The notes beneath the pieces were generated by a model. It had not been told where the DNA came from. It saw only the letters and a program-made list of their open reading frames with translations, and searched no databases. A DNA stretch of 64,000 nucleotides from Klebsormidium nitens (lineage: Eukaryota > Plantae > Klebsormidiophyceae), in assembly GCA_000708835.1 (NCBI GenBank), contig DF237081.1, positions 1 to 64,000 of the forward strand. The letters are read 5' to 3'. Shown here one piece after another: positions 24,658-36,475 of the stretch. The translations under genes were made by a program, and so were the position numbers. Numbering within the stretch: position 1 is the stretch's first letter; each line of letters starts with the position of its first letter.

Positions 24658-24765
24658 TCAAACATTGCTCGGCCCACTCCTCGCTGCGACCCTAGCCTTT
24701 AACTCCTTCCTCAAGATCCTGCCCGCCGCCGACTTTGGCATCTCTCGACGCACTTGGATAAATCT
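24658..24765 (-). pseudogene. Orphan fragment resembling the C-terminus of an AMP-binding enzyme (4CL / acyl-CoA ligase)
   Basis: Translates as QVRREMPKSAAGRILRKELKARVAARSGPSNV*, matching the PKSxxGKILRxxL A10 motif. No other adenylation-domain exons were seen nearby. Confidence 0.4.
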
Positions 24766-25380
24766 TGAAAGCGCAAAAACCTCTGAAATCGGCGTTCCGT
24801 CCAAAAGTGATGGTGCCCATTGAAAATTCCTCTTGTTCCTCTGTCAAAGTTTGTTGGGAATGTTCCAAACAGGTCTTTGCTCGTCGAATGACTTAAGTTC
24901 CCCCCTTGCTCATTCCAAAAAAATTGGTCAAACGGTCCCCGGACGCCGGTACGTAAAAGTGCCCGCTGCTCCATGAAACGCCCCAGAAAGCAATGGTTTT
25001 GAGCATGTCGTGGCATGTAGACAGAGTTCCTCATTTCTGCCGACTAGAGCTTCATATATAGCAATTCATGTGTCCTTGCTTTAAAGCGAAAGACGAATCT
25101 CAAAAAGATAAAGCCAGCTGGCAAGCTCGAGATATGAATGAAGAAATGAAGACGTCTTCATGATTCTCAGCTACGGACAATAGGGTTTTTGAATCTCCGA
25201 ACAGGGTTAACTCAGGCGTCAGGGGGACCCCCCTGCAAAAAGCCCCGCGCCTTCAGCGCGCTCGTGCGCGCACGGCATTTGATCTGATTCGGCCAAGGTG
25301 GAGGGGCCATTCTGCGCACATTGTCATAATGATACACCCGGCCACGCACATCAGCAACAGCACGACGCCAGTTGGACGCC

Positions 25381-28300
25381 ATGGCGCTGCACGCCTTGGG
25401 CAGGAAGCACTCCCTGCAGCTTCTAGAGCTCCCCTTCAGACCATTCTTGTGCCGCCTGCTGGAGGCAAAGGCTTTGCAAACTGCAGGGCCAAGCGTGCCC
25501 AGCCATGTTAGGACTGCTCACCAAGGGACGGCTGTGTTCCATGATGCTGGTAGCAGTGTCAAGAAAGGACATATTGTGGAGTTTCTAGCAGAAGATGTTG
25601 TTGAGGCTGAGGGCTTGAGCCGAGATGGGAACTCATGCGAAGGGGAGTTGGGATATGCACGGACTGCGTCGGGGGCGGAGGCATCGTGCTCGCAGAGTGT
25701 GGCGCCGAAGCTTGCATCAGAAACTTTGCTTAGTACTTTAAATTACAGGAAGACAGATGCTTCTCTGTGCTTCAGAAGTATACGTTCACCATTACCAACT
25801 GGTGGTGGGACATGTGGGATGACATCAGCGCCGCATCTGGGGTCTTTTCAAAGTCGGCTGGGGTCAGCAAGAGCTTACAACATGGAACAGTGGGCAAACG
25901 AGGAGACTGCTGGCGTGCAGAGCCGACAGGCGGAAGGTTGGTCTCCACTCTCTGCTGCTTTCAGCATTAGGCCTACGCACTGAAGGTGGACGACCAACGA
26001 TGGCAAGCAGCAAGGTGGCTTTCAGGTTGTAACATTTTCAGAAGGAGCATCTGCACTTGATATTACCACTCATCGTGCTTGTTACTTTGGACTAGTTTGT
26101 GCTAAAACTGGACAGCGAATTGTTCTGCTCCTTGCAAACTCAGAAAGAAAGGTGTGATCAGTCTTGGAAAATGACGTAAGAATCCAGGAACAATGTCGGT
26201 AGATATAAACCACCGTTTTGATGTGGTGTTAAGCAAAATGGTGTGGCACGAGAAGTCCAACACATCTCAGCAACTTTAGCAACTGTGGCTTGATGCTGCC
26301 GACTCTACTCGTTTGTGCTTGAGCTTGTCAGGTTTCAGTTTCTTTGGGTCATTATTCCAAAACTTAAGGTCATTATTCGAAAATGAAACTCAGGAAGCCT
26401 TTCCCTGATTCCCTGACATACAATCGTGTGCCTTAATTCACATGATTGGAAGTCAGAGCCTGCAATTTGTATCTCTTGGTGGAGCTGCCCTGATGAGTGA
26501 GTGGATCTTCGAGTTGACCGCACGTGGCATTCAGTGCGAAGAGGCATTGACCAGTCACTGCTCTGACCCTGGCGCAGAGATCTGGCATGGCTTTGTGCGC
26601 GTCATATCTTTCAAGCATCTACGTCAAAGTCATTGAACAAGTATCTTCGGCTTGGTCCCAGCATACTCTTCAGCTTCGTTCTGCACTACAGGGGTTATGT
26701 GAACCCTCCTGCTTCTCTTCAGAATCCTTTCACCATCCTTTTTACAAACGAGCCTCTAGCGGCGTTCATATTAGAGAGAAAGCTGACCAACACTGGCTTT
26801 CTCAATCTTAACCTGGCGCCAAAGCTGACCAAGCAATCCTTCAGGTGCGCGCTGGCTTTGGTCTCAGAACTCAGACCAGCCCCAAGTAGCTCAAAAGGAG
26901 CAGATTGCTGACATCATATAGCTCATGCACTCACTGTGTGCAGGCACATGCGCATACCTCAAGGGTGCCCCACACAACGCTCTTGCTGGCGACATGGCTC
27001 GGTACTTTGCAGAGTTCAACGTGGATGAGAGCAAGGTGCATCCAGTGTACGAGGAAAACTTCCGACCACACGGCTGGTGATTTTCTCCCTCCTCTAGTTC
27101 TTTGTCCGTTTTTTCTGGTTGGCGAGCATGCCTTAAGTGGTGGTGCCAATAAGAAATGACTTAGATGAGGCAACGGAGAGCAGTCATTTGCATTCTGGTG
27201 CACTTCTGGAGATAGGGGCAGAACCGCACCGTCTCTCTATGTCAATCGTCGGAAAAAGGACAAACAGAATGTTTGGGATTGGGTGGCGAGAAATGCACCA
27301 ATGGTGTCGTCGTCTCTTCCCCTTGCATGGTGGACATTCATACGGTTTTTCAAACCCCTTTCTCCTCCTTCTGTCGACTCCTACGGTGACATGTCTTGAC
27401 ATCCAATCATCTGTGGTCTAGAACTCAAAAGCATTGTCTGCATTTCCTTCTCCTTTTCTGCCCTTCACTCTGAAGGAGAGGTCCCGCTCCAAGCAGACGA
27501 ATGCTGGCCTTCAAAACCCCCTGCTCACTGTTCAATTGCACAATTGGCTGAAACGACCTGATCTTTGATGGGAGCCCTTTGGCATACCATTCACTTTCTG
27601 TCAGCTACATTCTGCGAGCAACGGACCCTGCTAGAATGCGCACCTCTCATGAAGGAACCATTCAATGCTTTTTTGAGGGTCCACATTGCTCCGCTGAATG
27701 TTCTCATAGGGCAAATAAGTCGACAATTGCCTAATGTCGAAGCCTTGTGCACGCAGGTACATTGAGTTCCCGTCCCAACAAGACTTCCTGAACGCTGATC
27801 GGAAGACGTACGATCAAACCCTAGGAGCCAGGGCCGTCCGATTGGAACCGGTAAGGCGCTGACCGTGACACGTCAGCCTCTGTCGGACCGTGCAGCCAAG
27901 AGGCAAGGCGTGCTGTTTATTCTGTTCAAACGGGGATTGCGGTTTTTTGCAGACCTTGGAAGCTGTGTTATACTTCTCGTGCGGTGAGACCTCCGCACAC
28001 TTTGGTGCCAGTCGTGACACTTTCGGCCGCATGAGGAATCTGCGGCAAAGAAGCGGAACGAGGGCGTTTTATCTTGGTTTCGATGCCGGTTAAATGGGCG
28101 GCGCTTGTCGTGACCGGTACGCAAGCCGCTGTATGAATCCTAATCCAAGAGCCGAACACGCATCTTTACTTTCCCTTCAGTCAAGAATCTGGTTGTACAT
28201 CAGAGCTTAGGCGGCTAGACCGGATTGAGTGTCATTCATCTCGTATCAACTCTGGAATTCTCCCATTTCTTTGACTGACGGAAGTTATCCTACTCCGCTT

Positions 28301-30237
28301 GCGGTGCAAACTTACATAATCTTTCTGGGTCCTGACACCAACACCCTAGTTGTGTCCTACGCAGAGGTCGCGGCAGTACATGGAGGAGAACATCAGACGA
28401 GACGAGATGCAGAGATGGAGGGGGAAAGCGGTGAGAAGCGCTGACCTCGGCCTGTGGGTTTTTCCATCCAGCGCGTCAGTCGGCACACCAGGACGATTTC
28501 AAATTCGATCAAAGTGGGATCTGCTCCTTTAAAGCGGTCACCTGCTACCTCGGATCCTCTGTCTAGATCAGTATTGTATCACGACGTATTGCTCCTTGGC
28601 GCCTTCACATTTGGCTTCAGCCAGAAGAGCGGTGGGGTCCAGCTGCCAGACGAGATGGTTGTTCGTTGCTGGGTGGTTCGTCTCTTCGGGCCTAGTCGGA
28701 AAACGAGCCAGAAGCGATCTCTCTCTTATTTCTCTTTCTGTCAGACCGTCCGCTTTTCTTCTCTGCGGTCCGTGACTTGGAAATGTAGTGATTGGAAACC
28801 ACAGAAAGCAGTCTGTATTTCAAACCTCTCAGCAATCCCAGATTCGCAAATGTTTTCGACAGACTTTGTGGATTGCTATCACTTTGTCGAGCTTTTCAAC
28901 TACTGCTGGCACCTTCACATTCCATGAATGCTCGTTTCTGCGCTTGATGCTCTGCAGGATTTGTCCAGGTAGTCGTCGAACCATGCACTGCATATCTTCG
29001 TTTCGCATTCATTCCCGTTGAAATTCTGGATGCATATTCCAGAGCAAGAACTTCGTCTCCGACTCTGTACAGATTGGATACTGTCTCCATACAGGTGGTC
29101 ATTTCGCATCTGCCGCCCGATGCGGACGAGGAAGCGCTGGAGCGTTTCTTCCACGGGTACTCTATCGCCGGCAACGGGATCAAAATTTTCAGACAGTGAG
29201 CGATTCAGCCGCCGCGCTTCGACCTTGGAGAAACTTCGCTCCCGTAAAATTCGTCTCGAAGGGTTCTACCGTGGAAGTTTGCGTAGCATCCCGAACCGTT
29301 GGATTGGGCGCGTCTGTCAACCGTACGGTCAAGATTGATGCAATGGCTTTGAGCTTGCGACCTGTATGAGAAGGCTCCTTGTAGACAGTGCTCTCAGTAT
29401 TCTTTAGTGTTTATGGGATAGTAGTTTACCTAAGATCGAGAGATTGAGAGGAAGTTGAGCCTGCTGTAAATGAACGTCTCCTCATGGTAGTCTTTCTTGA
29501 ATCTGATTAGAAAAAGGAGGTGATCTGCTATCGGGAAACCACTATTTGATGCTGGCAGCGGGAGTCGTTGCAAGTGTGCCAATCGGTCTCCTTCGTACCC
29601 GGATCTTCCATAGCCGGTCTACGGTCCAATTTATTGCTCTCATCTAAGTTGACATTCACTGATACGGCGTCCCTGGCCGTTGTTGGCCGTCGTAAGATGT
29701 TAAGCAGGGTCCAGGAAGGATAAAGCTTCCACCTTTCGTGAGCGAGGGTCTTTTCGGCACTCTTCTTAAGCCTTTTGCTTTCCTCCCAAATTCTTGACTT
29801 CTTTTGAGTCAATTTTGCTGATCCTGATTTGCTTGAGTAACCTCCAACTTGATGACAAGCCTATATTGGAGGCTGCGCATTTTTGAGAGATTGACCTGAT
29901 TACTCCCACCCCCCGAACTCGAATAGAATTTGCTTTGCTTTTGTGCTTGTTTTTTTCAATTTTAAATCATACAAATGCTGATAGAGAGTCGAAACAATAT
30001 CAAATCGGAAAGTAAGAATAAAATGATGCTCCAAGCGACTCTTTCTTGGATGAACTTCTTTTATTTCGGAACTGCAGTACGCTGGACCGTAAGCCCCACG
30101 AACATGACCAGGAGCCTCACCTAGAGGTTCGAGCGGTCGTCAAGTTCACAACGGGCCTGGAAGCGATGCGCGCGTGGCGGGAGAAGCACCTCGACATCGT
30201 TAGGAGGAGGAGCGTTCGTCTCACCCTTGTAAAATGA
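25381..30237 (+). CDS. Organelle-targeted protein with two RRM-like domains, resembling the Arabidopsis AT5G02740 family, 369 aa, 6 exons
   Basis: Exons 25381-25936, 26944-27076, 27757-27850, 28365-28430, 29095-29195 and 30078-30237 are phase-consistent. Sequence: YLKGAPHNALAGDMARYF..PVYEENFRPHGWYIEFPSQQDF.. and GKAVVISHLPPDADEEALERFF..AVVKFTTGLEAMRAWREKH..VRLTLVK. Family assignment is from recalled similarity, not a search. Confidence 0.8.
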
Positions 30238-30698
30238 GCAGCGGGGTCGCGGGAGGGTAATGAGAGCCCGTATAGGCGGACGGTGCGCTGCTCAAAGCTG
30301 AAGGGTTATGAAGACTTTCCGAAGATATGGGTCAAAGCGTGTGCAAGAAGTCAGCAAGTCGCTCTGTTTTGAACGAGTCGTCCAGTGGGAATGGATAGAA
30401 ATACGTAGGCGCTTCGTTCAGCTATGTGTACATTTGAGGTCATTGTGCGATACACACATTAGTACGTGCTTTCAAAAGGCCTTCGCCCCACCAAACCTGG
30501 GACCTGAGATGCTCGTACAATCTTCAAAGACTCTGGGAGAACCACGAGCTATCACGGACTCAATTGTGACAATCAAGCAACGAGAAGAGGATCTCGTCCT
30601 GCAAAACTTCGGACTGTAGACCGATGGTAGAGTGATTGAGAGTGCATATGGTTGTCTGGCACTGTTGCCTGTTGTAATCTGAGTTGGCAGCCGGCCCA

Positions 30699-30727
30699 GC
30701 GCTCGCGGACGCTGCGTCCGCGAGCGC
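30699..30727. repeat. Perfect 14-bp-arm inverted repeat with a 1-nt centre
   Basis: GCGCTCGCGGACGC-T-GCGTCCGCGAGCGC. Confidence 0.95.
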
Positions 30728-32440
30728 ACATGACAGGTGCGGCCCCAATTGCCAGGCGCGCGGCTGCTGCGTCCATGCAACGAGTGCGCGCGGCCTGGCC
30801 GGCGCGGGCGGCCCTGCTGGTTTGTCATGTGCGTCTGCGTTCGCTAGTATATATATAAGACGCCTGAATGATTTCGCTTATGTTCAATCCATGAGCCGCT
30901 GAGCGGATCGAGCGTATGAGGGCGGTGTCGATGTACATACTCCGTGAAGCTAGACGCCAGGTAATCTGATTCGCAAGCTAGCCGCTAAAACGCTGTGTGT
31001 ATGCGCGACTCGATTGTACCAGTGAATGCATCTCATGAAAGTTACTGGACCGCGCGCCACTTACGTATGTGTCGGCCTACCGGTAAGCTGCATTCACGCT
31101 CATGCAGGCCCATGCGATTGGACCGCGCGCCGAGCTACTTCTACTCAGTAACTCGAGACTGTCAGACAACCAATTGCTCTCTCAAAGTAAGATTAGAGGC
31201 ACGCTTTTGATGATGATACATGCAATCTCCTCTCACAAGCCGGCCGCTCGGAGCTTCAGACACGTAGCAGCCCATGATGCACTCCGTGAACCATCCTCAT
31301 CATAAGCGTGATTGCCACCTGTGGTTCCGGTGTGAATGTAGATGATAACATCTCAGACATCATAACTTGCACAGCATTTCGCTGAGCTTCAGAATCGTCC
31401 GTCATACACAAGGTTAGCCAGTCGAGTCTACAAAGTTCTACGTGCCGCCCGGACTCTGACAGAAAACTATAAACTAAGTGCCTTCAAATACAATCAGACT
31501 CTCAATCGGGCTGGACGGTCCAGAAAGGGCATAAAGCCCTACGAAAGTAGGCAGTAACGACAGGGAGCAAATCTAAAGTTGATCTCTTCCAGTCTGTCTA
31601 TGCTTGGACATCCAACAAGGACACCATCTTAAGGAACTCAAGCGTGGAAAGGGACAAGCTTGCTTAATCGGGATGGGTCTTGATATCCGGGTGGTTTCCG
31701 CCCCTGGAAAGCCAATCCGGATCCTCGTAGCCAGCACGGAATACGTGGTAGATGATTTTGAAAGGAGCCACTGCAAAGCAGAAGAGCTTAGTTAGAGACT
31801 ACAAAGGGCACCTAATCTGGCAAATGATGCTGAAATTTATCAGTAGGCAGATTGTTGCCGACTCGTTATATTGATCAAGGCTAAGCCAAGTGAGCTTCGA
31901 GTCTTGCGCCGCAGCCGAACCTTCTCAACAAACTTCGCAGTCAGCGGTCTTCTGAACAAGAAATGCGAGCAGCAACATTCTGATGGAAGCAAGGCAGGCC
32001 AGTGAACAATTTGCTGCAAAAGCTGATTCGGCCAAAATGAACCCCCGCCGGATCTTCTTCCAGCTAAAACAGTTCGGCACAGAACTAAAACTCGATGCCA
32101 AGTTGGCAATCCTGCAGCTCGCGCGTCGTTGGTCTGAAATAGACGAATTCAGACGGAAAAAGGGACTTTGCCATGCATGTTTCGAACCCCGCTTCTCCGT
32201 CTAACATGTAGGATATATTTCTTGTTTTTCCATATGTTATCATTGACATGGTAACAGCTTAACCCGAGAGTAAAGGCGCATGCAACAGAATGATAACGCC
32301 AATCGCAGAGATGGTCGTAGGACATCGATCCATGGCTTCACCGCGGAATGCTTCCGCCTTTGTTGGAAAACCGAAGGCTATCCTAAAGCAATTCATCTGA
32401 CCAGAGCTACGGAGAATTCACTTTAGCTTCTGCCGCATCG

Positions 32441-33814
32441 TCAAACAATGTCCTGACCTGCTGATGCAGTATAAGAAGCGCCATCATGTATCACCCCTTC
32501 ACAAGCCACCCCAAGTCGCATCAGTTGCATTCTATATTGAACCTCTCCAGAAAACTCACTGAGGCCGAATTGTCGCTCAATGTCTTTGACTTGATCGTTG
32601 AACTGTATAAACTGCTTCCGTGCAGCCCTCTCCTCAGCCTTGGCTGCCTCCAGAGCACCTTCCGGAAGCAAACCCGACCCCTTCTTACCTTTGAAACGAA
32701 GCGGGAAACACGCTAATCAGCTCAGATCTACTATCTCACAATCTCAGGTTTATTGAAGCAACTAGGAAGGGTTAACAAAACCTCGCCTTCGGGGGTTGCC
32801 ATGATAAGAATAAGAGTTCATTGTAGGTAAAGGAAGCTCCAGGTATAGTAAGCTAACCAGCCTGGGACCGGTGGGGTTAGTCTGGGGGTTTAGGGTGGGT
32901 ACGGGTGCGGAGCGGGTGATCTGGTTCTCAGCGTTCGAGTAGGAGCTTACTTTCCCTGAAGCTTACTCTACATCAATTGAAGAGACATAGATAACAGGTG
33001 GTAACGAAGCTTCGCTTTTTGAGGCAATGTTGATAGGTCTGTTGAAAGGTACTCAGGCAGGGCGATGACAAGCAGGGTGGGTTTAAGACATCACGGCCAT
33101 ACGGAAGGCCGTTGCACCTGAAGGATGACCCATTGCGGCCGCATTGCGGACGCTTAGGGTGGCGACTAAGACAACAGCAGATGATTCTATGAGCATAACG
33201 CGCAGGAGTCCTGCAGAACTGAGCGTTTGGGCGATAAGCAGAGAGGAGCTGGTAATGCAATGAATGAGTGATGACTCAGCTCGAGCAGGACCACATGAAC
33301 ATAATAATGACAACCTGTAGAAAAATATGCGGGTCCACTAGTTGAGTTCCGGGTTTGTTCAAAGTAGCAAAAGATTTCAACACTGTTTCAGTCAAAAGCC
33401 TGACTTCAGAAGCCTCCTCAGATTCCATGACATGGGGGGTCTCCTCTTGATTCGTTGAAACTCAGCATATTTGCATTCAGCTTACACATGCCAATGGGTG
33501 TTGCTCATTCTGTGGTAAAAGCACCTGCCAGTAGCCCCCATTTCGCCCCAGAAGTATTCTTAAAGTGGATAGGTCACAATCACCAGCTGCTTTATTAGCT
33601 GCACCCATTGGCTCATGCAACAGAAGGAAAGCTTTGTAAGAGACATTTGATAGGTCTCATTGCTGTATTGTTGACAGTGAAGGGTATTCAAGCGGCGGTA
33701 TCACTCACGTGCTTTTGTCTCCAACAGCTTTCGCCGCTCCACAGCCGTGTTTTGACGCCTCCATGCAGAACAGAGTCTCCTCAGCTGATCTTCATAGTCC
33801 GTTTCCATTATGAC
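32441..33814 (-). CDS. Hypothetical protein (3' exons; 5' part unresolved toward about 34400)
   Basis: Exons 33814-33709, 33210-33118 and 32658-32441 join in phase: VIMETDYEDQLRRLCSAW..RLLRVMLIESS..GALEAAKAEERAARKQF... The last acceptor is a weak AAG. Confidence 0.42.
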
Positions 33815-34661
33815 CTGCAAAAGGTAATAAGTGCTACCCTTCAGAGCAGTACAGGGCTTTCAATTCCAAGTGCACGGAGACTCTGAACCTTATTGCTGTT
33901 TGTCTGCCAAAGTGCCATTGGACGTAAGTAGTGGGGGCTCAAAGCGTTTGCCAGCTTGGCAGCAACTCACACCAAAAAGGTCAAGTTTCAAACCAAATGC
34001 CAGCCAGACCTTTTCGTCCTGGCCAGGCTCTGCTGACCACCAGCCTTCTCAGGAACGCACTTCTACGCACTCCTACTTTACTCAGCACATTGCGAGCATA
34101 GATCAGCTGACACAATAAGCACATGAGACGGACTCTAGCAATCTGTCTGCCGAATGACACAAAGCTTTTAGCTTCTTGAAGCAGTGCTGAAAACCTCTTC
34201 GTGCAGGTCACTATTATGCAGAGGCAAGAAGCTCAGAGGTCTCAAATGCTTGCAGGTCAGTCAGAAACTGGGTTTGTTCAGAAAGTTTTGCACCATACCT
34301 TGTTCTCATCTTCATGTACTGCTCTTCAATCTACTACCTATGTAGGTACCTATAGCACTGTAACTTGATCAGCGGGCCGGCGCTTTTCGTCATTGACAAG
34401 TGCACAGCTTTACTCAGCTTTACTAAGAGACAAACATGATCCAGCGGTCTGCAGCACCAATGCAACGAAACAGCGCACATATCATCAAATGCAATCAGTC
34501 GTTTGAAGGAGTCCGGGATCCCTCGCAAACTTAAAAGTGACACGTGGCACTGCATTGGTCAGCCGAACGCTGCTGGTACTGCCAACTGGCACTAGGACAT
34601 AATGCACGTCAATCATTTTAACGTACATACGTTTAGAATCCGGCGGAATGCGATTAGAACC

Positions 34662-34758
34662 GTTCCAGTGGCCTAATGGATAAGGCGGTTGACTTCTATG
34701 TCACCGCGCGTGTCATGATGACATCAACAGATTGTGGGTTCGAGTCCCACCTGGAATA
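34662..34758 (+). tRNA. tRNA-Arg(UCU) with a 24-nt intron at 37/38 (34699-34722)
   Basis: Acceptor stem GTTCCAG/CTGGAAT; D arm TGGCCTAATGGATAAGGC; anticodon arm GTTGA-CTTCTA|A-TCAAC; T arm GTGGG-TTCGAGT-CCCAC. Confidence 0.95.
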
Positions 34759-34761
34759 CCC

Positions 34762-34766
34762 TTTTT
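34762..34766 (+). terminator. Pol III oligo-T terminator of the tRNA gene
   Basis: TTTTT 4 nt after the tRNA 3' end. Confidence 0.6.
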
Positions 34767-35380
34767 GGCACTGGCAGGCTTCAGGCATGGCTCACAAGAG
34801 TCACGATACTACGGACGTGCACTAACGAGCTCACCTTGCGCGCGTTGCAGAGGCTGCTAAGGCAGCCAAGTACGCCGATCATTCGCCTGACGACATCCCT
34901 GCAGCCATAGAGACCTTTGGCTGTTTTGGCGGCCCATTCGACCGGCTCCTCCACATGTGCGCCCAATGTGGCAGCAGCTTTGCGAGTTAGTGATGAGAGT
35001 CAGGTTGGAGACGCGGCTTCTCGTCTGCTGCGTTATCACCGTCAGCGCATCTCCCCCGCATCTCAGTTCTACAGTGCAGCCAGGCCAGAGCCGTTCATCA
35101 TCGATCAGCTCCTGCAATTCAGAGCACGCTAGGTGCGCGGCCTCTGGCGATGACTGGTTTCGTTAGTCGCATTGATTTGTTCACGACTGCTGGAGCAAGG
35201 CATAGCAGTGAGGAGTGACATTTGAGGTGCTGTGGCACTCACATGCGACTTTGAGTTGGCTTGGCCAACGACCATTGTTCAGATTGATATTGTTATTGCC
35301 TCGGACTACAACAACCACGCACATCACCGCCGTGTAGAAAACTCAATGCTTCAAATGTGTTGCGGACAAATTGCTACCCT

Positions 35381-35404
35381 ATGAATGAATGAATGAATGA
35401 ATGA
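35381..35404. repeat. (ATGA)6 microsatellite
   Basis: Direct read. Confidence 0.95.
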
Positions 35405-36475
35405 CGCAAGGCACAAATGGTGCCGTTATCGAGCTCGAGCGGGCACTGGTCTTCTAGTGTAGTGCTCAAGGGATGTTGCACAACAAACGGGCCGTACCGG
35501 CCAGAAGATATAGCCGCCTGGCGCGCACCTATCCTTCCCATGTGGACTCTTAACCACTCAGTGCACTAAGGCGGTAGTTCTGCAATCATTGAACCGACAG
35601 CCCAACACTGACTAACAAAAAATATGCATGTGCATGCATGCACGTGTACAACTTCAGACTGAGCGGCTATACTATTAGATATAGTGACCCGTTCCAACCG
35701 TTGAACAAGAACTAAATTAAGGACCATGATGGTCGATGCTTGTAGATCTTTAATCAGGCCCGGCCGGGGTATACCTTCTATGTACTTGTTGACCGTCGTG
35801 ATTTAAACTTGTACGGAGCTTTAATGATAGTAAGCTGTTCGGTAGCGTCGAAAGATACTTCGCAATGCTGCTAGCCTGGAGCCGTCCGCTCTGTGGTAAT
35901 CCAATTAATGACTAGTATTCTCAGGCCGGCCGCCTTAACTCAACCACGCTCAGGAGCTTCAGTAAGTATGACTAAAGGCGTTGGGAGAAAAGAGATATCG
36001 ATTATGGTCAGCCACACGCTTTGGTCACCCACGCGTACTAATACGAAGATCGGTCAGATCCGGCATCACAGAAGGAACGTGCGCGTCATCATCATGATGA
36101 TATCATTGACGGTAGATTTCTTCTTAACGTGGTCATACCTGATTGCAATTGCATAATAATGATAGCCTAAGGAACTCTAGAGACATTTGTATAGGGTTTG
36201 TGATAGATGCAGCTTGGGAAGGTTTCGGGATCCGGTACCATTACTAAGACTCAGTCATGCTGTGCCGATCACAACTGTCCTCGTTAAATGGCTAAAGCCA
36301 TCATTGGTGGATAGATGAATGAGATTACCGAGACTCCAATGCTGCAAACCAACCTCAGAGATTGCGATGCGCACTACTATTAATTCGAGGCAATCTCATA
36401 CCGGGCTTGCAAGGCATGTCAAAGAGCGTCTACAAAACATTGAGCAAGGAATCCAACAAAACCCCCACAATTGCC

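Noticed and set aside
25220-25235. GGGGGAC as a general promoter motif (also near 3985, 10306, 40194)
   Set aside because: The word also occurs in introns and CDS (about 21287, 48669), so it is too common to support on its own.
26692-26844. Apparent exon (GYVNPPASLQ..TKQSFR) in the RRM gene
   Set aside because: It is phase 2-2 whereas the flanking junction is phase 1, and the model is complete without it. It remains possible only as a poison or alternative exon.
31983-32204. Gag-like RRKKGLCHAC motif suggesting an LTR retrotransposon
   Set aside because: No complete CCHC knuckle, and no protease, RT, integrase or LTRs nearby.
32880-32900. Interstitial telomere repeat
   Set aside because: Only isolated TTTAGGG words, no array.
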